This document shows, piece after piece, positions 43,885 through 52,100 of a stretch of DNA of 64,000 nucleotides. Position 1 is the first letter of the stretch; each line of letters begins with the position of its first letter. The DNA is from a virus (lineage: Duplodnaviria > Caudoviricetes). The stretch lies in the IMG/VR virus record IMGVR_UViG_3300014205_000003, positions 96,001 through 160,000 of that record. One strand, 5' to 3'. A model generated the notes under the pieces. That model was not told the origin of the DNA, did not search any database, and was given only the letters and a program-made list of their open reading frames with translations. Position numbers and translations under genes: made by a program.

Positions 43885-44199
43885 ATGTCACCTAAGAAAA
43901 CCACATTTACCTTTTCGCTGTACGGTCAGCCTGTCAAGGTAGACTTCTCAGATCCTAAGGACTGGAGTGACGATGCAATGGGACGAGCCAACTCTAGGAA
44001 TTGGCTGATCTCAATTGCAGACAACCTCACACCAGCTGTTGAGATCAACGTGCTTCTGCACGAGATGATTCATATGATCTGTGACACACAAGACGTCAAG
44101 ATTAACGAACAAGCTGTGACAGTTGTCGCTAATGGTCTGTTGGATATCTTCAACAACAATCCAGAGATGCTGGGTAAAGTGTTCGGAGAACCTAAGTGA
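43885..44199 (+). CDS. HExxH zinc metallopeptidase-like protein (ImmA/IrrE-like)
   Basis: VLLHEMIH...E. Confidence 0.7.
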   Translation: MSPKKTTFTFSLYGQPVKVDFSDPKDWSDDAMGRANSRNWLISIADNLTPAVEINVLLHEMIHMICDTQDVKINEQAVTVVANGLLDIFNNNPEMLGKVFGEPK

Positions 44200-44390
44200 A
44201 ACTAATGTCAGACCATGACCACAAGCACTGGTTTGTGATTATTTTGGATTCTCAGAAGAGTAGGTGTACCAATGTACAAACATGCACTACGCGTAGTGAA
44301 GCTCGACGCCGTATCAAATACAACAAAGAGTTTGGTATTAAGTCTTACATGTCTCGCAACATTGTCGTTGAGTTCACACAAGACAATTGA
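44196..44390 (+). CDS. 'WW...TR..AR' family protein
   Basis: HWFVI...TTRSEAR. Confidence 0.6.
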   Translation: MKLMSDHDHKHWFVIILDSQKSRCTNVQTCTTRSEARRRIKYNKEFGIKSYMSRNIVVEFTQDN

Positions 44391-44418
44391 ACGCACAGAT
44401 GTGCACAAAGGAGATTAG

Positions 44419-45864
44419 ATGACTTTCCCCGTTGATATGAGGACGTTTCTCGCCACCAAAGTGAAAGACCTAGACAATGCGATGTGGCTCCTTCCGAAGG
44501 AAGTGCGCTATCAAACTGTCTATCTTCAATCATCTGCAGTGGACGATGATACTCCGTGCTTAATGGTTCTCGCCACAAGACAACACCCCAATCCAGCCTT
44601 CTCCAGCGAAATCGTATATCTCTGGAGTCGTATGGACGCTTGTGCACCGTCTGGCAATCAGTGCATTGGAGTTGTCTACAGTGACTTGAATGCCTTGCTG
44701 TACAAACATCCGACAGCTTCTGCCAGACTTGACTTGATTGCTGATCCGAAGACTGCTGCAGATGCTCTCCCGAAGGGATCACTTGCAGTAACCTTCACAG
44801 ATGACACGGAAGCCCATGAAGTGCCTGTTGTGCTTAGGAGTCAGCCTTTCCTCCTAGAGGACCGGGAATGGACCTTTAAAGCGGATCTGCAGGGCAAGGG
44901 CTGGACTGCTGTGCTGTGTGTAGACTCTGAGGACAACACAGCTCAATTAGCCGTAAGTGGAGTATCTGTTACCGTTGGTAAGTATGCAGGTAATCGTATG
45001 GCACGTACGCGACTTCCCCAGCTGGATCGTGCCAGTGTCAACGAGTTCTTGAATCACATAGGGCTCAGCAGTATCACTGAAGATCCCTTTGCCAAGATGA
45101 ATCCTGCGGCGAAGGCTCCGCATGTTCCGATGACTCTGACAGCAGCATTGAAGAACATTCCAGTTGAAGGCGAAACTATTGGAAGCGGTGAAGGTAAGAC
45201 AAGTACAGAGATTCATCTTCCTGTGGTACTTGTAGATCAAGTAGTTGTTCAGGGTAAGGATATCTCAACAGCTAAGGTCAAGTTCACGTCTCCTGAAACA
45301 GTTACGATTACAAACACTGCAATCGTTATGGCTAAGCCAGAAAACAACGTCAGTCTTCCTATGCTGACTCCCGAAGCAATCATCAACAACACCCAAAAAG
45401 GAAATTTTGATATGAACAAGAAAACTACTGAAAACACTCCCGCTACTACTGAAACTACTGTCGTCGCTACCACTGCTCCTTCAACTCCTGCTGAAACTAC
45501 TCCTTCTACTGAACCTACAACTCCCCCCACTGACATTAAGCCCAAACGCATCAAACGCACTGCAGAACAAATGCTCGCTGACTCAATCAAAGAAGCCCAG
45601 GAACTGCTGACAGCAAACGGATTTGAAGTAAAGAAGATCGAGGAAAAAGCAAATGAGAATACCAGTAATCAGCCTCCTAAAGCTAAGCAGCTCGTTGAGT
45701 ACCTTAGTGATCTGCGCACAAATCGCGCTGACGGCGATCGAATCTTGGCAAGCATGGAAGCGAGCATCAAAGAACAGCTGACCGCTCCTGCAGTCTCTGT
45801 TGAAGCTCTGAAGGACATTCAGAGTGCTGTCGCAATCCTCAACCACATCGCAAAGGCAGAATAA
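44419..45864 (+). CDS. Large hypothetical protein with a Thr/Pro-rich linker
   Basis: 481 aa; AAAGGAG RBS. Confidence 0.75.
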   Translation: MTFPVDMRTFLATKVKDLDNAMWLLPKEVRYQTVYLQSSAVDDDTPCLMVLATRQHPNPAFSSEIVYLWSRMDACAPSGNQCIGVVYSDLNALLYKHPTASARLDLIADPKTAADALPKGSLAVTFTDDTEAHEVPVVLRSQPFLLEDREWTFKADLQGKGWTAVLCVDSEDNTAQLAVSGVSVTVGKYAGNRMARTRLPQLDRASVNEFLNHIGLSSITEDPFAKMNPAAKAPHVPMTLTAALKNIPVEGETIGSGEGKTSTEIHLPVVLVDQVVVQGKDISTAKVKFTSPETVTITNTAIVMAKPENNVSLPMLTPEAIINNTQKGNFDMNKKTTENTPATTETTVVATTAPSTPAETTPSTEPTTPPTDIKPKRIKRTAEQMLADSIKEAQELLTANGFEVKKIEEKANENTSNQPPKAKQLVEYLSDLRTNRADGDRILASMEASIKEQLTAPAVSVEALKDIQSAVAILNHIAKAE

Positions 45865-45866
45865 GT

Positions 45867-46327
45867 ATGAAACCAAACTTCTCAAAGATGTTCAATGGCT
45901 GGTGGATCGTTGAACACGGTAAAACTGACAGCAATAAGTATCCTGAGATTGTGTATCAGGTTCATGGGCCTTTCAGTACTCGTGAAGACGCTCGCAAAGA
46001 AGCTAAAGTCGTGAGAGATGAGGATCTCAGTAACTTCTCTTACGGTGCTTACTACACTGTTGTCAACGACTTGATTATTGAAGGGTGGCGATAATGCGTA
46101 TACTTGATTTGGAAAGTCCTAAAGGTTTTCCTTGGTGGATTGTTCAGTACTCAGAAGGGCAATTCCTCGAAACAGTCCACGGTCCTTACAAGACGCGAGA
46201 AGCTGCACGTGAAGAGTTGAATAGTTGTAAATCAGATGACGGGGAGTTCGTCTATACAGAAGACGGCGAAGAGAAGAAGTGTCAGTGGGCAATTATCAAA
46301 GATCTCTTCTTAACCTCAAAGGTGTGA
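45867..46327 (+). CDS. Two 'WW...HGPY.TR..AR' family proteins (45867..46094, 46094..46327)
   Basis: GWWIV...HGPFSTREDAR; PWWIV...HGPYKTREAAR. Confidence 0.75.
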
Positions 46328-46328
46328 T

Positions 46329-46397
46329 ATGAAAGATGAACGCTGGATTATTGCAGTAAGCAATCCGAAAAACAAGTGGTGGATAGTTACCAACTAG
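46329..46397 (+). pseudogene. 5' fragment of a WW-family gene truncated by TnpB cassette 2
   Basis: MKDERWIIAVSNPKNKWWIV-TN*, broken at the element end. Confidence 0.65.
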
Positions 46398-46405
46398 ATA
46401 GCTAG

Positions 46406-47461
46406 TCAGTTTGTCACGGAAGGGGGACTATAGGCTCCCCTCTGTCGGATGTTGATGGCCGCATTGAAGTCTGCATCCATCTTCATTCCACACGCGGTAC
46501 AACAGAATGACTCTCCCTTTCGGGACAGTTTGTCTACCGCTCCGCACAAGCTACATGTCTGCGAAGTAAAGGCAGGATTAATCCTCGTAAGGGTTAGTCC
46601 TGCTTCTTCACAAACCATCTGAAGTTTGTCCAAAACTTTTGGATAGCTCCAGCGTTGTAACTTGTTGTTAAATTGCTTGCTAATCTCGCCTTTAGAACCC
46701 TTCTTCACATCCTTGAGATCTTCGACTACAAGTTCTTGAATGTTAGTAAGATCAATCAGCTTTACAGACTGATTGATCTTTTGGTCACGTTCCTTCAATG
46801 CTCTTTTAAATGCTTTAGATCCTTGTTTCTTCCTAGCGATTTTCTCATAGACATTTTCCATGCCTACGTCGTAGGTTTTCTGATCGGAAGAAGCAAGGAG
46901 TTTCTTGTATCCACAATCAAGGCCTAAGAATGTTCCCTTCGATGTACTGGGAGTATCTTTCTCGAAGAATACATCCAAGTACCACTTCCCATTGACTTTA
47001 CGTAAGCAAGAGGACTTCTTAAGAAGCCAGCCGTGCTGACTGAACTTGAGAAATTGCTTGTGCTTACATGAAGGGATCTTAAGATTTATCTTGTTTCCTA
47101 GACAAAAGAGTTTAATCCAGAAGTCGAAAGAATTCTGCTTAGTAGAGAAAGTACAGATAAGTTCCGTGAGATTAAAAGTTTTTTGTTTGAGTACAGGCTT
47201 AGATGCTTTCTTTACTTTGTTCTTTCGAGCTCGTAGTTTCTTAAGTACGTCAAAGGCTTGAATGAAAAGACATCTTTGAAGGCGAGCGGCGAGCCACGTT
47301 GGAATTGGAGGAAGTTGATCGAACTTTGTAGCAGAAGGATCTTTCCAGAAGTGCTCTACGTAGAGATTAAGTACTCTCAGGGCTTCCACACTGAAAGTAT
47401 CAAGCTTTTGGAGCTTCCCGGCGTTTGCAAAGTTCAACGACATTTGTACTCTACGAATCAC
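46406..47461 (-). CDS. tnpB: TnpB RNA-guided endonuclease (close paralog of 5301..6368)
   Basis: LGLDCG, VVEDL, DADFNAAINI, Zn finger. Confidence 0.92.
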   Translation of the reverse strand: MIRRVQMSLNFANAGKLQKLDTFSVEALRVLNLYVEHFWKDPSATKFDQLPPIPTWLAARLQRCLFIQAFDVLKKLRARKNKVKKASKPVLKQKTFNLTELICTFSTKQNSFDFWIKLFCLGNKINLKIPSCKHKQFLKFSQHGWLLKKSSCLRKVNGKWYLDVFFEKDTPSTSKGTFLGLDCGYKKLLASSDQKTYDVGMENVYEKIARKKQGSKAFKRALKERDQKINQSVKLIDLTNIQELVVEDLKDVKKGSKGEISKQFNNKLQRWSYPKVLDKLQMVCEEAGLTLTRINPAFTSQTCSLCGAVDKLSRKGESFCCTACGMKMDADFNAAINIRQRGAYSPPSVTN

Positions 47462-47628
47462 TTAGAAGATTCTCCTGCAAGAATGCTTTGGATAGATTCT
47501 ACAGAAATCTTACGTTGCTTAGAAGGTGTCTTATACCCTTTAAGCTTCCCTTCATCAAACCATCTACGTATGGAGTCAGGATGTACTCCCATCATCTTAG
47601 CTGCTTTAGTTAACGAGATATATTCCAT
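47458..47628 (-). CDS. 56-aa MerR/excisionase-type HTH protein
   Basis: MEYISLTKAAKMMGVHPDSIRRWFDEGKLKGYKTPSKQRKISVESIQSILAGESSK*; TGA overlaps the tnpB GTG. Confidence 0.85.
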   Translation of the reverse strand: MEYISLTKAAKMMGVHPDSIRRWFDEGKLKGYKTPSKQRKISVESIQSILAGESSK

Positions 47629-47677
47629 TTTGCTGTTCCTTTCTCATTAATACTAATATAGCATAAGGATTTTTATT

Positions 47678-48202
47678 ATGGGAACTAAATGTGCGATGTG
47701 CTGTGAGTCTGCTCCTTCGGACAAGTGGTGGGTTCTTCTGTCTTTCAAGCCTAAGAAAATGCCTCGTTACCCGTACTTTGATAGCATTCATGGTCCTTAT
47801 CCAACACGTAAGGAAGCACGAGTAGCTGCAAAGAAGATTAGAGAGAACAGCAGTGAGAGTTCAATCAAACTCTCTTACTCTGTTGGAAGAAATCTAGTCA
47901 TATCCTGTGTCTTCTAACCAATGAAAGTACGAGGATTAATGCAGAATTACTATCTGGAACATCCTGACAAACTCCCTTGGTGGGTCATCTGCTATAAGAA
48001 CTATGAAGCCGAGAATAAAGACCTACATGATGGGGACTTTTTCAAGGACGCTCAACTGTATAGACTCCATGGTCCTTACATGTCTCGATCGGCAGCGAGA
48101 TCCTACCTTGAGATTTTGAAAAATAATGACATTTACGATTTTGGTGAGATCGGTCTTCGTTGGAAGATTGTAAAAGATCTCTGCGTATCCTGTAATCCCT
48201 AA
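47678..48202 (+). CDS. Two 'WW...HGPY' family proteins (47678..47917, 47921..48202)
   Basis: KWWVL...HGPYPTRKEAR; PWWVI...HGPYMSRSAAR. Confidence 0.75.
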
Positions 48203-48450
48203 AACCAATGAAAGTACGAGGGCTGAAGAGGTTGTAAAAGATCTCCTCAGCCCTCTCAACCCAACATGGAAATTTGGCTCACTGCAACAGACAAATTAGT
48301 GACTATGTTTAAAGGTGCAAGTCCTCGAAAAATCAACGGAGAGTACAGGAGTTTTAAACCGCCCTGCTTTGAGATCTCCCTTGAGGATCTGAAAAACAAA
48401 TCACCTCGTCATGTTCACCTTGACGAACCAGAAGAAGCACCTAAGAAACA

Positions 48451-50715
48451 GTGAAAGACAAAACGATGGCTCCTAAGAACATCCCAGTCCTGACACCCGC
48501 AGAACTCTCCGACAAGATCTTTGAAGGAAAGTACAAACACTCTAAAGATACTAATCGGGACGATATGTTCCGACGTAATGCTAAAGCCGCAGCCGCTGTA
48601 CGGCAGCTAGAAGGTACTGCAGAGGAACTGGAAGAATCCTTCTTTCAACTGATGAAAAAGGAACTCTTCTTTCCAGCAGGTCGTATCCTATCGAACTTAG
48701 GTACTGGGCGGCAACAGGTTACAACATTTAACTGCGCAATTGCAAACACCATCCCGGATAGCATGGAAGGTATCTTTGACGTCTTGAAGATGGGTGCCTT
48801 GACACAGAAAGCCGGAGCCGGTATCGGCTATGACTTCTCTACGATTCGGCCAAAGAATCAACTGGTTAAAGGTGTAGAGAGCAAAGCGTCTGGTCCTATC
48901 AGCTTCATGAAAGTCTTTGACAGCGCTTGTCAGAGTATTATGAGTGCTGGCCTGAGACGTGGCGCAAACATCGCCATCCTTCGAATCGATCATCCAGACA
49001 TCGAAGAGTTTATCACAGCTAAGTCCTCTGCAGGTGTACTGGAGATGTTCAATCTCTCCTGCGGTTTAACTGACGAATTTTTAAAAGCTGTGGAAGAGAA
49101 CAAGACGTTCGATCTGAGGTTCGGAGGAGAAGTCTACAGCACAGTAAAAGCTCGAGACCTCTGGGACAAACTGATCAAGAACAATTACGACTATGCAGAA
49201 CCTGGAGTGCTCTTTCTTGATACCGTAAATCGAAATAATTCACTTTACTATTGTGAGACTATTTCCTGCTGTAATCCTTGTGGCGAAATAGTTGGACCTC
49301 CCTATGGCGTTTGTCTGCTCGGTTCGATGATTCTTCCCTCGTTCGTAAACAAATATAAAACGTTTGACTGTTCTAGGTTTTACAGTGCTGTAAGACTAGC
49401 TACCCATTTCCTCGACAATGTCATTGACATCTCTAAGTTCCCTATTAAGGAACAAGAGAAAGAGGCTAAGAACAAACGCCGAATGGGTCTCGGTGTTACA
49501 GGCTTTGCAGATGCTCTTATCAAGATGGAAATTCCTTACAATTCCCCAGAAGCCGTTAGATTTGCCTCGGAAGTAGCTAAACAATTGGCCAACGCTGCGT
49601 ACGGTGCTTCTTCAGATCTTGCTGGGAAGTTTGGTTCGTTTCCTGCATACGTCGCTGAGAAACATAAGGAGAGCGTTCCTTACAAAACCCTTGCGTTAGA
49701 GTTCCCTGATACTGCGAATAACATCGAGCGTAAAGGTCTTCGAAACAGTCACTTGATTAGTATCGCTCCTACAGGAACTATCTCGCTACTGGCCTCGAAC
49801 ATCTCTAGTGGAATTGAGCCTATCTTCGCTTACGACTACACTCGTAAATTTCGTACAGCTGATGGTGAAGAACTGTTCAAGGTCTACGACAAGGTGTACT
49901 ATGAGTGGCTTCAGGCTAATCCTGACAAGAAGCGTCCTGCGTACATGGTGTCGGTGGATGATCTGACTCCTGATGATCATTTGAATGTTCAAGCGGCGTT
50001 TCAGAAGTGGGTGTGCTCGTCAATCTCCAAGACGATCAACTGTCCTGCAGATATCAAGTACGATGAGTTTTCTAAGATCTATATGAAGGCATGGAAGATG
50101 TCGCTCAAGGGGGCAACGTGCTACCACCCCTCTGGTAAGTTGAAGGCTGTCTTGGTAAAAGACACTCCTGAGAAGCCTGTAGAAACTCTTCCTATTGTGT
50201 CTGACGCTGTTCCAGAACGCCCTGATCAGCTTACGGGTGTGACGTACAAGCTGAAAGACGGTCAAGGTGTGTCGTACTACATAACCATCAACGATCTCGT
50301 GGAGGGCTCCCAAACCAGGCCTTTCGAAATCTTCTGCAGTAGCAAGAACCTTGCTGCCGCTGCAACACTCGCTACGATGACTAGGCTCCTTTCCACCATC
50401 TTTAGGCGTGAGAAGGATATCTCATTCATTGTCAATGAGTTGTCGCAGATTTCAGATCCGTCTGGGGGCTATTGGAGTAATGGTGTGTTCTACTGCAGTC
50501 TCCAAGCACACATCGCCGCATGTATCGACGCTCACGTCCAGGCCCTCTCTAAGAAGGGTGTGTTCAAGGGTAAGCATGTGAAGGACAAGACAGTTACTCC
50601 AGAGTCTGAGAAGAAGGGTAAGGTAACAGATCCTTGTCCTCTGTGCGGCAAGCAATTGATCCGTAAGGAAAATTGTCTGGCTTGCTCGGAGTGTACGTGG
50701 TCCCGTTGCCAATAG
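48451..50715 (+). CDS. nrdJ: Class II (adenosylcobalamin-dependent) ribonucleotide reductase with C-terminal TSCPD-like and Zn-ribbon domains
   Basis: PAGRIL, FNC, RRGAN, AEPG, NPCGE, CLLGS, IAPTGT, SISKTIN; no adjacent beta subunit. Confidence 0.9.
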   Translation: MKDKTMAPKNIPVLTPAELSDKIFEGKYKHSKDTNRDDMFRRNAKAAAAVRQLEGTAEELEESFFQLMKKELFFPAGRILSNLGTGRQQVTTFNCAIANTIPDSMEGIFDVLKMGALTQKAGAGIGYDFSTIRPKNQLVKGVESKASGPISFMKVFDSACQSIMSAGLRRGANIAILRIDHPDIEEFITAKSSAGVLEMFNLSCGLTDEFLKAVEENKTFDLRFGGEVYSTVKARDLWDKLIKNNYDYAEPGVLFLDTVNRNNSLYYCETISCCNPCGEIVGPPYGVCLLGSMILPSFVNKYKTFDCSRFYSAVRLATHFLDNVIDISKFPIKEQEKEAKNKRRMGLGVTGFADALIKMEIPYNSPEAVRFASEVAKQLANAAYGASSDLAGKFGSFPAYVAEKHKESVPYKTLALEFPDTANNIERKGLRNSHLISIAPTGTISLLASNISSGIEPIFAYDYTRKFRTADGEELFKVYDKVYYEWLQANPDKKRPAYMVSVDDLTPDDHLNVQAAFQKWVCSSISKTINCPADIKYDEFSKIYMKAWKMSLKGATCYHPSGKLKAVLVKDTPEKPVETLPIVSDAVPERPDQLTGVTYKLKDGQGVSYYITINDLVEGSQTRPFEIFCSSKNLAAAATLATMTRLLSTIFRREKDISFIVNELSQISDPSGGYWSNGVFYCSLQAHIAACIDAHVQALSKKGVFKGKHVKDKTVTPESEKKGKVTDPCPLCGKQLIRKENCLACSECTWSRCQ

Positions 50716-50718
50716 TTC

Positions 50719-50967
50719 ATGAAGCAGTACAAACACTCTGAGTATTGTTCTTACGTTCTGCATCACCTTGCCTGTGATTGTGGTGCAGATCGCAGGACAT
50801 GGAAAGAGTGGTTAGCTAAGGGGCTGCATGTGAAGAAGGGCGAACACGCTGTAGAGACGACTACTACAGGTCAAGCTCTCTTTACACACAGTCAGGTTAC
50901 AAGCAATGAATCAACTATTCAGCGAGGTCGCTGGTGGTTGGATGATAGTGTAAATTGTCATTGGTAA
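50719..50967 (+). CDS. Hypothetical protein
   Basis: TWKEWLAKGLHVKKGEHA...LFTHSQV motif. Confidence 0.65.
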   Translation: MKQYKHSEYCSYVLHHLACDCGADRRTWKEWLAKGLHVKKGEHAVETTTTGQALFTHSQVTSNESTIQRGRWWLDDSVNCHW

Positions 50968-50974
50968 AGTTCTT

Positions 50975-51288
50975 CGTCAGCAGGGATCATATTGGCATCG
51001 AAGGGGTTGTGGTGTTTCGCTAAGAGCTTGCTGACGGTCGAGGTGCTCGAAATCTCTCTTAGCGAATTCCTTTCCAGGTGTGCCCCAGTTCTCCCGCACT
51101 CTTAAGAAACGATCCCAGGGAGAACAACTTACTATTTAGTCTTGTCAGAGGGTTGACCATTGGCGCGGAGGTCACGTGCGTGTTGTAGCAGATGTTCCTC
51201 TGACAGTGTGGTACGATTCGCTCTGCTACAGCTCCTAACAGATAGCCAAGACTCCTCCTACCTGTACCGTAACGTGCTTAGAGGAGTC
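50975..51288 (+). ncRNA. Tandem pair of structured, pseudoknotted RNAs (50975..51125 and 51143..51288), unassigned
   Basis: Each unit has two crossing 9-11 bp helices plus a terminal 8-bp hairpin; different sequence but the same topology; G-U pairs favour the + strand. Confidence 0.65.
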
Positions 51289-51322
51289 ACCTTTCTTTCC
51301 CTATCAGCAAATAAGGAATCTC

Positions 51323-51862
51323 ATGTCCGTTTCAAGTATGCCTGAGTACAAATCTCTCTTTGATCTATCTCAGCAGTCAATCTCCTCAAAGTGCACATCT
51401 GTGCACTCTCTCCCCACAACCTTCAAGAAAGTTCTCTGGGCTCCGCACAGCTGGAACCTTGACTTAGGTGGTGGTCAGTACGAAGATGCTTCTATCTATC
51501 TGCAGAAACGTTTTGTATCCAACTTTGTATATGATCCGTTTAACAGGTCGGATGAACACAACGAACGCATTCGAGCATACATCATAAGTAGTTCGTTTGA
51601 TACAGTAACATGTTGTAATGTTTTGAACGTTATTAAGGAAGCAAAGATTCGACATACAGTCATAGAACAGGCGTACAAAGCATTGAAGCTCGGAGGGGTA
51701 GCCTACTTTCAGATCTATGAGGGAGACCGCTCTCAGAGGCAAGGAAAGACTTCTAAGGGCTATCAGTTGAACTGGTGGACGTCTTCTTATGTATCAGAAA
51801 TCACTAAGGTCTTTCACGGACTATGTAATGAGTACGCTAATACTCTAGTAGTAAGGAAATAA
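51323..51862 (+). CDS. Class I SAM-dependent methyltransferase
   Basis: NLDLGGG, VYDPFNR, DTVTCCNVLNVI, AYFQIYEGD. Confidence 0.8.
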   Translation: MSVSSMPEYKSLFDLSQQSISSKCTSVHSLPTTFKKVLWAPHSWNLDLGGGQYEDASIYLQKRFVSNFVYDPFNRSDEHNERIRAYIISSSFDTVTCCNVLNVIKEAKIRHTVIEQAYKALKLGGVAYFQIYEGDRSQRQGKTSKGYQLNWWTSSYVSEITKVFHGLCNEYANTLVVRK

Positions 51863-51932
51863 CCTAGGTAGGTATTTTATCTTGTTGCTAATCCTATGCT
51901 ATATTAGTATTCAATAGAAAGGCTAGGTTATA

Positions 51933-52100
51933 ATGGAATACACATCCGTTAGTAAGGCCGCTAAGATGATGGGAGTTCATCCAGACTCAATACGCCGGTG
52001 GTTCGACGAAGGGAAACTTAAAGGATACTTGACTCCGTCAAATCAACGTAAGATCTCTGTTGAGTCAATTAAGGTTCTTACAGGAGAATCTCCTAAGTGA
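51933..52100 (+). CDS. 55-aa MerR/excisionase-type HTH protein
   Basis: 52 of 55 residues identical to 6365..6532; TGA overlaps the tnpB GTG. Confidence 0.85.
   Translation: MEYTSVSKAAKMMGVHPDSIRRWFDEGKLKGYLTPSNQRKISVESIKVLTGESPK

Larger units (their letters stand above)
46383..47670 (-). mobile_element. TnpB cassette 2: mini-HTH + tnpB + omegaRNA, no transposase
   Basis: Ends homologous to cassette 1. Confidence 0.8.
6557..51908. promoter_or_regulatory. TATATTAGT promoter-like motif upstream of five nuclease cassettes
   Basis: 6557-6565(-), 13655-13663(+), 26091-26099(+), 47652-47660(-), 51900-51908(+). Confidence 0.6.

Noticed and set aside
48451-50715. Intron or intein in the ribonucleotide reductase
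   Set aside because: The motifs are contiguous and the length is normal.
50975-51288. tmRNA or tRNA
   Set aside because: Pseudoknots are present, but I found no acceptor stem/CCA, T-arm or tag reading frame.
51160-51345. 61-aa ORF in the ORF track
   Set aside because: TTG start without an RBS, and it overlies the structured RNA; probably spurious.
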